NCBI GenBank assembly: GCA_028286465.1 | Contig: JAQBRN010000020.1 | Span: 1 to 50,503 of the forward strand | Direction of reading: 5' to 3' | DNA: 50,503 nucleotides | Source of the DNA: Parcubacteria group bacterium | GTDB taxonomy: Bacteria; Patescibacteriota; Minisyncoccia; Phycocordibacterales; Zambryskibacteraceae | Part shown: positions 40,529 to 50,329 of the stretch, piece after piece | Position numbering within the stretch: position 1 is the first letter of the stretch | How the letters are laid out: each line of letters starts with the position of its first letter | Made by a program: the position numbers and the translations under genes | Notes under the pieces: model-generated | Database searches by the model: none | The model's input: only the letters and a program-made list of their open reading frames with translations | What the model was told of the DNA's origin: nothing

Positions 40529-41494
40529 ATGAACCTGTTGTATGATGAGTGTACTTCCATGCTTAGCGTCATCAGCAAATGGTTCCTCGCGGTCGGATTC
40601 GGCTTTGCGGCAGCTATCACCGGAGTAACCGACACAAGCCTCCCCGCCGCGAGTGACACGGTCCCGGTTGATAATAATCCCATCACGGCCTCCGAGCTCT
40701 CGACGAGCCTTCATGACAGAATCACGGACCTCAGGGGCGAGATCGAGCGGGAAAAGCTCAATGACGCCCTTCCGCTTGTGCGCCCGTTCGTCCTCGGACA
40801 CAAGGGCGACGATGTGAAGGCGCTTCAGGAACTTCTCGTCGGACTCAACTTTATGAGCGAAGATCTTGCCACGGGCTACTACGGTCCGACGACAGCAAGC
40901 GCCGTCAAGGAATTCCAGAAGGCCTATCAAATGAATGAGACGGGCATCGCCGACCGTACCACGCTCGACAAGATCTTCGACATTACTGTCGCCACCATGC
41001 ACCTTGGCGACGCCTACTTCCCCGAGGAATCACCGCTTCTTGCCATAGCCACGAGCTCGGAAGCCCTGCTCTCCGACGCAAGCGCGAGCGCGGATGCTTC
41101 CGCGGCCTGTCCGGATGTCTCTCAAACATCGTATCAGGCTCCAGCAGACACCGTCGTTGACGCGCCAGTAATCGTCCCGCCAGCTACGACAACTGTCGCC
41201 ACAACCACACCGCCCGTCACGAAGACGCTTGCCGTAGCAGGAGCGAATTTCGCCTTTACCCCAAAGACCTTGAGCGTCACGAAGGACACTATCGTCACCA
41301 TCCACTTCACCGTCACGACCGGCAGCCACACCTTCGTCATCGATGCGTACAAGGTAAAGAGTGCCACAACGACGAGTGCCAAAGCAAACGACGTCACCTT
41401 CACGGCGACGAGCACCGGCTCCTTCGTCTTCTATTCTTCGGTGGCAACGGACAAGCAATCCGGCATGACGGGAACTCTGACCGTCACGAACTAG
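40529..41494 (+). CDS. Secreted peptidoglycan-binding (PG_binding_1) protein with a C-terminal ligand-less cupredoxin-like domain
   Basis: The start is at 40529 or 40559 (MLSVISKWFLAVGFGFAAAITG signal). The PG-binding repeat is GDDVKALQELLVGLNFMS...GYYGPTTASAVKEFQK. The C-terminus is homologous to the cupredoxin at 43915-44415. Confidence 0.65.
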   Translation: MNLLYDECTSMLSVISKWFLAVGFGFAAAITGVTDTSLPAASDTVPVDNNPITASELSTSLHDRITDLRGEIEREKLNDALPLVRPFVLGHKGDDVKALQELLVGLNFMSEDLATGYYGPTTASAVKEFQKAYQMNETGIADRTTLDKIFDITVATMHLGDAYFPEESPLLAIATSSEALLSDASASADASAACPDVSQTSYQAPADTVVDAPVIVPPATTTVATTTPPVTKTLAVAGANFAFTPKTLSVTKDTIVTIHFTVTTGSHTFVIDAYKVKSATTTSAKANDVTFTATSTGSFVFYSSVATDKQSGMTGTLTVTN

Positions 41495-41500
41495 TTTCTA

Positions 41501-43192
41501 TTAATGCGCTGCGGGTGCGGGAGCATCATGCTTTTCGTATTCGTATGTGTCTGGAAGTTTTAATGTAAAGAGGAGCGAGAGAAGAGCCGAGGCAATGCCG
41601 AAGCCCAAAGCGGACTTCGCGGCGTCGACCGTCGCACTATGCGCAAGCGAGGTAATCTCATTCGTAATAGCCTTCGGGACGTTCGCTGCGATAGGAGCAC
41701 CGGCACCGAATTCGATATTCGAAGTCTGATTCGACACGGCTGCTGCAATGGCCGCCTTCTGGCCCTGCGGAATAATCTCTGATGCCTGAATGCCAGACGC
41801 AAGATTCGTTCCGAGCGCGGAAAGCATGACCGATCCGATGATGGCGGCACCGAGAGACATGCCGACCTGGCGGAAGGTGTTGTTGACGCCGGCGGCCTCC
41901 CCCGCTTCATAGACCGGCACGGCCGAGAGGGCAAGATTATTCGTTTGTCCCATGATGAGTCCCATGCCGAAGCCGAACAGCATGAAGCCCGGAGCGAGGG
42001 CCCATTGCGTCGAACCGATATGCAAGGATTCCTTAAGCACGAAGAAGCCGAGCATGTTTATAAGAACACCGATCTGAACGATGCGCTTGGGTGAGATGAA
42101 CTTCACAAGATAAGCCGAGAGCGGAGCACCGACCATGATAACGATGGTCATCGGGATCATGGCGATTCCCGTATGCAAAGGATCGAGTCCGAGAACTGCC
42201 TGGAAGTACACCGGAATGGCAAAAGACAGTCCGGCCTGGCCCAAGGAGAGCATGCCCGTGACAAGCGCCGCACCCATGAACTGGTCGTTCTTGAAGAGCT
42301 TCAAGGAGACGAGCGGGGTCTCCTCTTTATCCATCATGTGTCGTTCCCAGAATGCGAAAACGACGAGGATGATCAGACCGAGGAAAATGAACACAGGCGT
42401 CGGAGAAATACCGCCGAGATCGAGAATGCGCCCGAAGACGATGAATGGTGTTTTGATATTCCACCAGCCATAGGTCGACGCTTCGATAAAACCGAAGACG
42501 AGAGAAAGGAGCCCCGCCGCAGAAAGCAGAATGCCGACGTAGTCCAAGGTCGGCTTCTCGAACCGATCCTTGGCTTCGGTGATGAGGAACGATCCTATGA
42601 TAAGCAAAAGAACGACGAAGATGTTCACCCTGAAGGCCCAACGCCAGGAATAATTGGTCGAGAGCCAGCCACCGATGACCGGGCCGAGTGCGGCGGCGGC
42701 GGAAGCGATGCCTCCCCACACGGCGAAAGCCAAAGCGAGTTCCCTACCCTTGTAGCATGAACGCAAAAGCGAAACGGTCGCAGGCATCATGAGCGCCGCC
42801 CCTATGCCCTCGATCACGGCTTCGCCCGCGATCATCGTTCCGACATTCTGGGAGATCGAGGTGATAAAGGATCCGACGGCGAAGATAATGGCACCCGTAA
42901 TAAACATTTTCTTCCTGCCGAAAAGGTCGCCGAGGCGCCCGCCTGTAATGGTGAAGGCTGCGAGGATGAGCGAGTACGTGGTGATGACCCACTGGATGCT
43001 CTGGATATCGGTATGGAGGTCGTTAATGATCGTGCGCAAGGTCACGTTCAAGATAGTCGTATCGAGAATGATGACGGCCAGCGCCAAGGAGAGAACGAAA
43101 AGAGGCGTCCACTTCTTGAAACGGCTTTGAGGCGTCTGAAGGATAGCGGGGCTATTTTTGTTTTGAAGTTGTAAGGCTTGGGAGGATTCCAT
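41501..43192 (-). CDS. MFS transporter, DHA2 (14-TMS, EmrB/QacA-like) family
   Basis: 563 aa, with motif A GGRLGDLFGRKK and about 14 hydrophobic segments. Confidence 0.9.
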   Translation of the reverse strand: MESSQALQLQNKNSPAILQTPQSRFKKWTPLFVLSLALAVIILDTTILNVTLRTIINDLHTDIQSIQWVITTYSLILAAFTITGGRLGDLFGRKKMFITGAIIFAVGSFITSISQNVGTMIAGEAVIEGIGAALMMPATVSLLRSCYKGRELALAFAVWGGIASAAAALGPVIGGWLSTNYSWRWAFRVNIFVVLLLIIGSFLITEAKDRFEKPTLDYVGILLSAAGLLSLVFGFIEASTYGWWNIKTPFIVFGRILDLGGISPTPVFIFLGLIILVVFAFWERHMMDKEETPLVSLKLFKNDQFMGAALVTGMLSLGQAGLSFAIPVYFQAVLGLDPLHTGIAMIPMTIVIMVGAPLSAYLVKFISPKRIVQIGVLINMLGFFVLKESLHIGSTQWALAPGFMLFGFGMGLIMGQTNNLALSAVPVYEAGEAAGVNNTFRQVGMSLGAAIIGSVMLSALGTNLASGIQASEIIPQGQKAAIAAAVSNQTSNIEFGAGAPIAANVPKAITNEITSLAHSATVDAAKSALGFGIASALLSLLFTLKLPDTYEYEKHDAPAPAAH

Positions 43193-43315
43193 ATGGCAAG
43201 TCCTTATAAGGACGGACGCCTATCCTAGCACTTACCGGATGAGCTGTGTAGTGTAATGGCAGGAAGCCTCTTTCGTCTCTACATCTGTGTGGCATTAATA
43301 ATCCATATATAGACC

Positions 43316-43462
43316 ATGCTTACAACCATCGCAGTCATTCTTCTGATCTTGTGGATCTTGGGTCTCGTGACGTCGTACACCTTGGGCGGATTCATCCATG
43401 TCCTCCTGGTCGTGGCGATCATCATGATCCTCATCCGCCTCATTCGCGGACAGAATCCTGTA
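43316..43462 (+). CDS. lmo0937-family small membrane protein (48 aa)
   Basis: Below the ORF-track cutoff. My translation is MLTTIAVILLILWILGLVTSYTLGGFIHVLLVVAIIMILIRLFADRIL*, which matches the two-helix lmo0937/DUF5670-type pattern (from memory). Confidence 0.5.
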
Positions 43463-43478
43463 GCCTAGTAGTACAAGG

Positions 43479-43516
43479 CAAAACAAAAGAGCGCTCGAAC
43501 GAGCGCTCTTTTGTTT
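43479..43516. terminator. Bidirectional terminator
   Basis: 18-bp stem AAAACAAAAGAGCGCTCG / CGAGCGCTCTTTTGTTTT between convergent genes. Confidence 0.8.
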
Positions 43517-43518
43517 TG

Positions 43519-43899
43519 CTAATTTGCTGCAAACATTCCGATCTTGAAGCCGGCAAGTTCACTTTCCGGACGACTCTGTCCGCCATGCTGTGCATTGAAA
43601 GCAGCCGAGCCGTCCTTGCCGCAAATCGAGAGGATCGCATCTTGTCCTCCCGGGTGCTGGTTAATCCAGGCAGTCAGATCATATACTCCTCCGTTGATGA
43701 TGCTATAACAGCTCGAAGCACTAGCATGCTTCGCCACATCGGCAAGAGTGAAGGTCTTTGTGCTTGGAGTAATATTCGCGCCTGTGGTGGAAGTGGCCGT
43801 GCCGGAATTGCCGGATTGTGTGACATTTTTCGGAACGAGAAACCATAAGAGCGAACCGAGAACGACAAATACCGCAAGACCTATCAGGAAATTTTTCAT
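43519..43899 (-). CDS. Membrane-anchored cytochrome b5-like heme-binding domain protein
   Basis: N-terminal TM segment, then a C-terminal domain with the HPGG motif (YDLTAWINQHPGGQDAIL...AFNAQHGG). Confidence 0.75.
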   Translation of the reverse strand: MKNFLIGLAVFVVLGSLLWFLVPKNVTQSGNSGTATSTTGANITPSTKTFTLADVAKHASASSCYSIINGGVYDLTAWINQHPGGQDAILSICGKDGSAAFNAQHGGQSRPESELAGFKIGMFAAN

Positions 43900-43914
43900 A
43901 CTCGTTGGAGAGAG

Positions 43915-44415
43915 TTAGTTCACCGTGAGCGTACCTTGCATACCCATCTGGCGATGATTGCCGACGGAGCAGTAGTACGAGAATGTACCCGAATTGTCTG
44001 CCACGAAGGTAACATCTGCTGACTGACCTCCAGCGATGATTGAGTTTCTCACGTTGTATTCGTCGATAACGAAATCATGATTGCCGCCCGAGTTCGTGAA
44101 ATGGATCTTGACCGTGTCTCCCTTGTTGACGCTCATCGTCGATGGTGCGAAGGCGAAGTTCGATCCGGTGACGGTGAAAGACTTCACGGTCGGAGCGGTG
44201 ACGGTAATGCTGCCCTGCACGGCGCCGGAACCAGCTGCGGCTCCCGAAGTATTCGTATTCGCGGCGGCATTCGTATCCGACGAAGGCGTCGTATTCATGC
44301 CGGTCATACCCTGCAGGTCCGTCCCCGTCGGCGCGGAAGAATTGTGCCTAAAGAGGAAGATGCCTCCGATGATGACGATGAGGATAACGATAATGGCTAT
44401 AACTTTGTTATTCAT
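43915..44415 (-). CDS. Membrane-anchored cupredoxin (type-1 blue copper protein)
   Basis: Candidate copper ligands: His in GGNHDFVID, then Cys, His and Met in YYCSVGNHRQMGM. Confidence 0.8.
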   Translation of the reverse strand: MNNKVIAIIVILIVIIGGIFLFRHNSSAPTGTDLQGMTGMNTTPSSDTNAAANTNTSGAAAGSGAVQGSITVTAPTVKSFTVTGSNFAFAPSTMSVNKGDTVKIHFTNSGGNHDFVIDEYNVRNSIIAGGQSADVTFVADNSGTFSYYCSVGNHRQMGMQGTLTVN

Positions 44416-44419
44416 AATA

Positions 44420-44827
44420 TTAATTAGCTTTTGGTAATTGCCTCAGTTCGATCGAGCTTGCGGTCACGCTTCCATCGGAATTCGGAGTTCCGCTGACGAT
44501 GACCGTTTGTCCGACGACGAGGTCGTTCACGGAGCCGGTCACGGCCTTCATCACGGTCGTCGATGCTCCAAGAAAGACGATCTTCGAACCGCCGCTCTGG
44601 AGTTTGACGGTGAAGCTTTCATTATCTTTCGTGAGGATTTCTCCGGCAGTCGCTCCGGCGAATGCACCGCGCGCGCCGCGGGCTCCCGCTCCGGCCGCAC
44701 CCGTCTGCCTGCCTGCGAAGGTCGAGGCGGCAGATACTGATTTCGCCTCTGCATATTTTACCCCGCCGTAGAAAGCGATGCCAACCAGGACGACCGCGCC
44801 GATAATAAGTTTGTGTTGTGTTTTCAT
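44420..44827 (-). CDS. Secreted hypothetical protein (DUF5666-like beta domain?)
   Basis: Signal peptide, a Gly/Ala-rich linker and a beta-rich C-terminus. The gap to the cupredoxin gene is 4 nt. Confidence 0.45.
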   Translation of the reverse strand: MKTQHKLIIGAVVLVGIAFYGGVKYAEAKSVSAASTFAGRQTGAAGAGARGARGAFAGATAGEILTKDNESFTVKLQSGGSKIVFLGASTTVMKAVTGSVNDLVVGQTVIVSGTPNSDGSVTASSIELRQLPKAN

Positions 44828-44848
44828 ATGTTGATTAATTATTCACTC

Positions 44849-46072
44849 CTATTCGAAACGCAATGCCTCGATCGGATTCAATTTCGACGCGCGACGCGCC
44901 GGATAATATCCGAAGACAATGCCGATGCCCGCGGACACTCCGAAGGCAAGCAGTACGGACCCAGACGATACATGCGTCTGTATCAGTCCCGATGCCGAGA
45001 CGAGCCGCGAGACGATCATGCCTAGGGCCACCCCGATGGCCCCGCCGAGGAACGTGAGGACGACCGACTCGACAAGAAACTGCCTCGAGACGTCCCGCGC
45101 CTTGGCGCCGATGGCTTTCCTCAGACCGATCTCTCGCGTGCGTTCGGTGACCGTCGTCAGCATCATGTTCATGATGCCGATACCGCCGACCAAGAGCGAA
45201 ATACCCGCCACTGCACCGAGAAGGAGGGTGAAGGTCTGCGTCACCGAACCCGCCGCCGCGATGATGTCGGCTTGATTCACGGTCGAGAAGTCGGCAAGCG
45301 TGGGGTCAGAAATGTGATGCCGGTCGAGCAAAAGATTCGTCACATCGGTCTGTACCTGCGTGGCATCGCCTGCAGACGCAGCCGAAATGCTTATGTCTGA
45401 AAGGTATTCGTTCCCCTGGAGGAAGAGGCCGTCGGATGTCACGGGAATATAAACGGCATCGTCCGGATTCTGGAATCCGGATCCGCCCTTAGCCTTCGTC
45501 ACGCCGATGACCTTGAACTGGACCGCGCCGATCCTGATATTTTGCCCCACCGCTTCATTGCCGTCGCCGAAAAGATCCGTGGCCGTCGTCGGACCGAGTA
45601 CGGCGACCTTCGCATTCGACGAAACGTTCGCGTCGGAGATGAACTGTCCGTCATCGACTTCGAAGTTGCGCACGGTCGTATACGCGGGCGTGGTGCCGGT
45701 GATCGTGGTGTTGGTGTTCGTTCCTTTGGCGGTCACCTGCTTCCTCGATGAAATTTCCGGAGCGACGCCGGCGATATTTTGAACGCCTGAAGCGATCGCC
45801 GTCGCATCGGCGAGCGTGAGCGTCTGCGCGCTCCCCCTGCCGGCTGAGACCGTCACGCCCGCCCCGCGACTCGCGCCCGGCATGACGATGATGAGATTCG
45901 AGCCGATCGACTGAATCGAGGCATTGATCGAGGCCTGGGCACCGTTGCCGATGGAAACGAGTGCGATGACCGATGATATGCCGATGACGATGCCAAGCAT
46001 GGTCAGACCAGTCCTAACCTTATTGGCCCTGAGCGCGGTGAATGTTTCGAAGATGATATCGGTAATGCTCAT
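44849..46072 (-). CDS. ABC transporter permease, MacB/FtsX type
   Basis: 407 aa: one TM segment, a large periplasmic domain and a C-terminal FtsX-like 3-TM bundle. It has a 4-nt overlap with the ATPase gene. Confidence 0.9.
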   Translation of the reverse strand: MSITDIIFETFTALRANKVRTGLTMLGIVIGISSVIALVSIGNGAQASINASIQSIGSNLIIVMPGASRGAGVTVSAGRGSAQTLTLADATAIASGVQNIAGVAPEISSRKQVTAKGTNTNTTITGTTPAYTTVRNFEVDDGQFISDANVSSNAKVAVLGPTTATDLFGDGNEAVGQNIRIGAVQFKVIGVTKAKGGSGFQNPDDAVYIPVTSDGLFLQGNEYLSDISISAASAGDATQVQTDVTNLLLDRHHISDPTLADFSTVNQADIIAAAGSVTQTFTLLLGAVAGISLLVGGIGIMNMMLTTVTERTREIGLRKAIGAKARDVSRQFLVESVVLTFLGGAIGVALGMIVSRLVSASGLIQTHVSSGSVLLAFGVSAGIGIVFGYYPARRASKLNPIEALRFE

Positions 46073-46779
46073 GTCTTGTGATGAATAGTCCTTTTTGTAT
46101 GAGCCTTGGAATCGGAAACGATCAGTCCGTCCTTGATGAAAATGATGCGGTCGGCGTGTTCGGCTACTTCCGGCTCATGAGTGATGAGAACGATCGTCCT
46201 TCCCTCTTCCTCGTTCAGGCGCTGGAAGGTACCGAGAACGATGTCGCCCGTCTTCGTATCGAGATTCCCGGTCGGTTCGTCGGCAAGGATGAGCGACGGG
46301 TTATTAACGAGCGCCCGGGCGATGGCCACGCGCTGGATCTGTCCGCCCGAGAGCTCATTCGATTTGTGTTCGAAGTGCGATTCGTCGAGACCAGCGGCCC
46401 TGAGCGCGGCCTTCGCCCGCACTTCCCTCTCTTCTTTTTCCGTTCCGGCATAAATCAAAGGGAGCATGACGTTACGAAGCACGGTCGTTCTCGGCAAAAG
46501 GTTGAAGGATTGGAAAACGAAACCGATCTTGTTTTTCCTGATATCCGCAAGTTCGTCATCGCTCAATTTCGACGTGTCCTTCCCGTCGAGAAAGTACTTG
46601 CCCTTCGTCGGCGTGTCGAGGGCGCCGAGAACGTGCATCAAGGTCGACTTGCCCGAGCCCGACGGGCCCATAATGGCGACGAATTCCCCGTCGTGGATCT
46701 TAAAGCTTATGCCCTTCAATGCTTCGAAGACGACGCTTCCGTTCGAATAGGTCTTCCCGACATCGTGGACTTCGATCAT
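46069..46779 (-). CDS. ABC transporter ATP-binding protein (MacB/LolD-like)
   Basis: Walker A GPSGSGKST, signature LSGGQ and Walker B LILADEPT. The preferred start is MIEVHDV (ATG at 46779). Confidence 0.9.
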   Translation of the reverse strand: MIEVHDVGKTYSNGSVVFEALKGISFKIHDGEFVAIMGPSGSGKSTLMHVLGALDTPTKGKYFLDGKDTSKLSDDELADIRKNKIGFVFQSFNLLPRTTVLRNVMLPLIYAGTEKEEREVRAKAALRAAGLDESHFEHKSNELSGGQIQRVAIARALVNNPSLILADEPTGNLDTKTGDIVLGTFQRLNEEEGRTIVLITHEPEVAEHADRIIFIKDGLIVSDSKAHTKRTIHHKT

Positions 46780-46789
46780 ATCGGTAAGG

Positions 46790-48469
46790 TTATCGGCCGA
46801 GCGCGCGAGTCGCACTGCCGGTGGCTCCCCCTCTTGCCGCGCCACCTCCGAAGAGGCTGCCGGTCTGGGCGGTCGCTGCCGTCGTCGCGCTCGGACTGAC
46901 AGTGCGGGTGACGATCTGTTCCCCTTCGGTCAGGCCCGAGAGGATTTCCGTGAGGGTATCTCCTATTACTCCCGTTCCGACTTCGACTTGGGTCGGAGGA
47001 ACCAGGGATGCGACTCCTTGCGTGCCTCCCGCTGCGTTGAGCGCCGGATCGAAGACTTGCACATAAGAGACTCCGTTCTGGATCTTGACCGCGGCGGACG
47101 GCACGGCAAGCACATCGATCTTCGAATCCGTAATGATCTCGGCAGAGACGCTCATGCCCGGACGCACGCGCGTATCCTGCGTGTCGAAGGTGATCTTCGT
47201 CGAGTACGTCACCACTCCTTGGGAGACGGTGCCGATAAGATCGATCTCGGAGACCACTCCCGAAATGGAGAGCCCGTCGACCGCGTCGAAGGTAAGCGTC
47301 GCCTTATCTCCGATCTTGACCTTGGCTGCATCGACTTCGTTCAAGGATACTTCGGCCACTTCATCGGGTGTTATGAGTGTCGCCACGGTCGTGCCGCCGG
47401 AGACCGAGTCGCCGACCTTCACATCGACCTTGGCCACGACGCCCGAGAAGGGTGCTCTCACGACCGAATCGCTCACGGCTTGTTCCTTCTGCTGCAGACC
47501 AAGCTGTGCCGATTCGAGATCCAAAGGATCCGCGCCCTGATTGACCTTCACGAGAGCGGCCTGCTTATCCGCGACAGAGAGGTGGGTCGTCGTCATCGAA
47601 CTTTCGTCCGAGAGGAGAGCCGAAAGGTGCGAGGTATTCTTATCCGTCCAGGTAGAAACATTGGCCTGAGCCGTCGCGCCGAGAGCCGCATTCTGCGGAG
47701 GAGTATTGGCCTTTACATAGTCGACCGTGGTCTTCGTATCCTTAAGCGTCTGTGCGAGGTCCTTCGTTACCATATAGGCATGAGAGAGCAGCGTCTGGAC
47801 CGTCGTGGTCGAAGACGTACGGGAAAGAGTCCGGTATTCGCTGGTAAGATTCGTGAACTCGCCTTCAACGGAGTTGAGTTCCGAAAGGGCGCCGCTCCTG
47901 TCGGTAATGGCGACGTCGCTCACGTAGCGGACATTAGCGTCTGAAATATATCCGGATGACGTGCCGAAGAGATCGTCGAGGCCGTCGAGAATCGACGGCA
48001 CATCGAGGAAAAGGCTCGAGATATCCGTGACGGCACTGTTATACGCGGCGGTCTCCGAGGTCTCCGCATTGACGAGCGCGCTTTGCGCGGAAGATAAGGC
48101 CGAGTTGTCTGCAGGCTCGGTCAGCTTCTGGTATGAAATTTGCGCGTCTTCGAGAGCGATCGACGCGTCTCGCGCATCGAGCGTTACGAGCGTCTGTCCG
48201 GCGCCGACCGTGTCTCCGGCCTTCACTCTGACGGAGAGCGCGTCACCGGACGTTTTCGCCTTCACATCGATCTGGTTCGTGGCGCTGACCGTGCCCGTGC
48301 CAGAGACGGAGGAGACGACCGTACTACGATCGACCGTACCGAGCACATAGCGCATCTCGGTCGAGGCGCTCGTCGAGTGAAAGCTGCCGTAGGCGGCAGA
48401 GAGAAGCGCAACAGCCACAAGGCCCGAAAGGGCTTTGTGGGCAAGAATCATTTTTTTCAGATGTGTCAT
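46790..48469 (-). CDS. Efflux periplasmic adaptor (HlyD/MacA-like membrane fusion protein)
   Basis: Lipoyl-like hairpins VKAGDTVGAGQTLVTLD and VVAKVDVKVGDSV, with a long alpha-helical insert. The start is MTHLKK (ATG at 48469). Confidence 0.8.
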   Translation of the reverse strand: MTHLKKMILAHKALSGLVAVALLSAAYGSFHSTSASTEMRYVLGTVDRSTVVSSVSGTGTVSATNQIDVKAKTSGDALSVRVKAGDTVGAGQTLVTLDARDASIALEDAQISYQKLTEPADNSALSSAQSALVNAETSETAAYNSAVTDISSLFLDVPSILDGLDDLFGTSSGYISDANVRYVSDVAITDRSGALSELNSVEGEFTNLTSEYRTLSRTSSTTTVQTLLSHAYMVTKDLAQTLKDTKTTVDYVKANTPPQNAALGATAQANVSTWTDKNTSHLSALLSDESSMTTTHLSVADKQAALVKVNQGADPLDLESAQLGLQQKEQAVSDSVVRAPFSGVVAKVDVKVGDSVSGGTTVATLITPDEVAEVSLNEVDAAKVKIGDKATLTFDAVDGLSISGVVSEIDLIGTVSQGVVTYSTKITFDTQDTRVRPGMSVSAEIITDSKIDVLAVPSAAVKIQNGVSYVQVFDPALNAAGGTQGVASLVPPTQVEVGTGVIGDTLTEILSGLTEGEQIVTRTVSPSATTAATAQTGSLFGGGAARGGATGSATRALGR

Positions 48470-48580
48470 TCGTCGCTCCATTATCGGGCTATTATACTTA
48501 TACAATCGGACAGGACGATTTATTTCATCCGTTTAGGTGAATAATATCCTAAAAACATATATATTGGATGATCCCAAGCC

Positions 48581-50329
48581 ATGAGCGATCCAATCACCAC
48601 CATAGCCACGCATACGAAAGAGAAGAAACCGAGCATTTTCTCCCTGCTTGCTCCGTATAAGGCGCCGGTCCTTGCGCTCGCCCTCCTCGCCATATCGACG
48701 AGCGGACTCGGCCTTATACTCCCGAAGATCATTTCCCATGGCATCGACGATTTCGTGCGCGGCTCGTATGTCGAACGAACGGTCATCATCGAGTTCTCCA
48801 TCGTGATCCTCGGCATCTTCATCACCGCCTATCTCCAGTCGATCGTCCAGGTCTACACATCCGAGCGCGTGGCGAAGGATCTTCGTAACACCTTCGCCGA
48901 CAAGATCTCCCGCGAGACGTATGCCTTCGTCGAGAAGATCACTCCCTCGAAACTCCTGACGAACCTGACCGCGGACATCGACTCCATCAAGATGTTCATC
49001 GGACAGGCCATCGCTTCCCTCATTTCTTCGGCGGTCATCGTCATCGGCGCCGGCGCGCTTCTTATCTCGATCAACTGGAAGCTCGGCCTGACCGTCCTTG
49101 CCATAGTCCCCGTCATCGGCGGCATGTTCTACTTCATCTTCTCGAGAGTCCGCGTCCTCATGAAGAAGAGCCGCGAGATCATCGACCGCCTGAACAAGGT
49201 CATCAATGAAAGCGTCTTGGGGGCAAGCCTCATCCGCGTTCTCCATTCCCATGGTTTCGAAGCGGAAAAATTCTCTATAGCGAACACCGATGCCAAGGGC
49301 CTCGGCATCAGGATCCTCAAGATGTTCGCGGCCCTCATCCCCGTCATCACCTTCGTGGCGAACCTTGCCACGCTCGCCATTCTTGCCTTGGGCGGCAAGT
49401 TCATCATCGAAGGCTCGATGACTTTGGGCGATTTCTCAGCCTTCCAGAGCTATGTGGGTCTCTTCATCTTCCCGCTCCTTCTCCTCGGCGTGATGTCTTC
49501 AGTCATGTCGCAGGCCTCGGCTTCGTACGAACGCATCAGAGAAGTGCTCGAGTCCACCGATCCGACACCCGACGGCACGGTGAAGAAGGAACTCGAGGGA
49601 AACATCGCCTTCAGGAACGTCGTCGTGAAGTACGGCGAGAAGCCCGTCTTGAAGGACATCTCCTTCTCGCTGCCGGGCCATACGAAGACGGCCATCATCG
49701 GCCCGACCGCTGCCGGCAAGACCCAGATGCTCTACCTTCTGACGGGCCTTTCGAAGCCGACCTCGGGTACGGTCGAGTACGACAGCACGCCCATTGCCGA
49801 TTACGAAAGCGAGTCGCTGCACAGGCAGATCGGCTTCGTCTTCCAGGATTCCATCATTTTCAATTTGACGCTGCGTGAGAATATCGCCTTCGGCGACGCC
49901 GTGACCGAAGCATCTATGGACAAGGCTATCCGCACGGCAGAACTCGGCGACTTCATGGATGCGCTGCCCTTGGGTATGGAAACGATCGTCTCCGAGCGCG
50001 GTTCTTCGCTTTCCGGAGGACAGAAGCAGCGCATCATGCTTGCGCGAGCTCTTGCCCTCGATCCGAAGATACTTCTCTTGGACGACTTCACGGCGCGTGT
50101 CGACCAGAAGACCGAAAGGAAAATTCTCGACAATATCGCCCGCGAATATCCGGACATCACGCTCGTCTCCGTGACCCAGAAGATCTCCTCCGTCGAGAAG
50201 TACGACAAGATCATCGTCATCATGGAAGGAGAACTGATCGCCGAGGGCACGCATACCGAACTCCTGAGTACCTCGCCCGAATACGTGCAGATCTTCGATT
50301 CGCAAAAGAGCACCAACAATTATGAATAA
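48581..50329 (+). CDS. ABC exporter, fused TMD-NBD half-transporter (MsbA/MdlB-like)
   Basis: 582 aa with six N-terminal TM helices, Walker A GPTAAGKTQ, LSGGQKQR and LLLDDFTA. Confidence 0.9.
   Translation: MSDPITTIATHTKEKKPSIFSLLAPYKAPVLALALLAISTSGLGLILPKIISHGIDDFVRGSYVERTVIIEFSIVILGIFITAYLQSIVQVYTSERVAKDLRNTFADKISRETYAFVEKITPSKLLTNLTADIDSIKMFIGQAIASLISSAVIVIGAGALLISINWKLGLTVLAIVPVIGGMFYFIFSRVRVLMKKSREIIDRLNKVINESVLGASLIRVLHSHGFEAEKFSIANTDAKGLGIRILKMFAALIPVITFVANLATLAILALGGKFIIEGSMTLGDFSAFQSYVGLFIFPLLLLGVMSSVMSQASASYERIREVLESTDPTPDGTVKKELEGNIAFRNVVVKYGEKPVLKDISFSLPGHTKTAIIGPTAAGKTQMLYLLTGLSKPTSGTVEYDSTPIADYESESLHRQIGFVFQDSIIFNLTLRENIAFGDAVTEASMDKAIRTAELGDFMDALPLGMETIVSERGSSLSGGQKQRIMLARALALDPKILLLDDFTARVDQKTERKILDNIAREYPDITLVSVTQKISSVEKYDKIIVIMEGELIAEGTHTELLSTSPEYVQIFDSQKSTNNYE

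Noticed and set aside
46078-50305. Long antisense or alternative-frame ORFs over the ABC transporter genes (46078-46899 +, 46988-47944 +, 48533-49252 -, 49499-50305 -)
   Set aside because: They lie opposite genes with unambiguous Walker A/B and ABC signature motifs or adaptor motifs, and their composition is typical of shadow frames.
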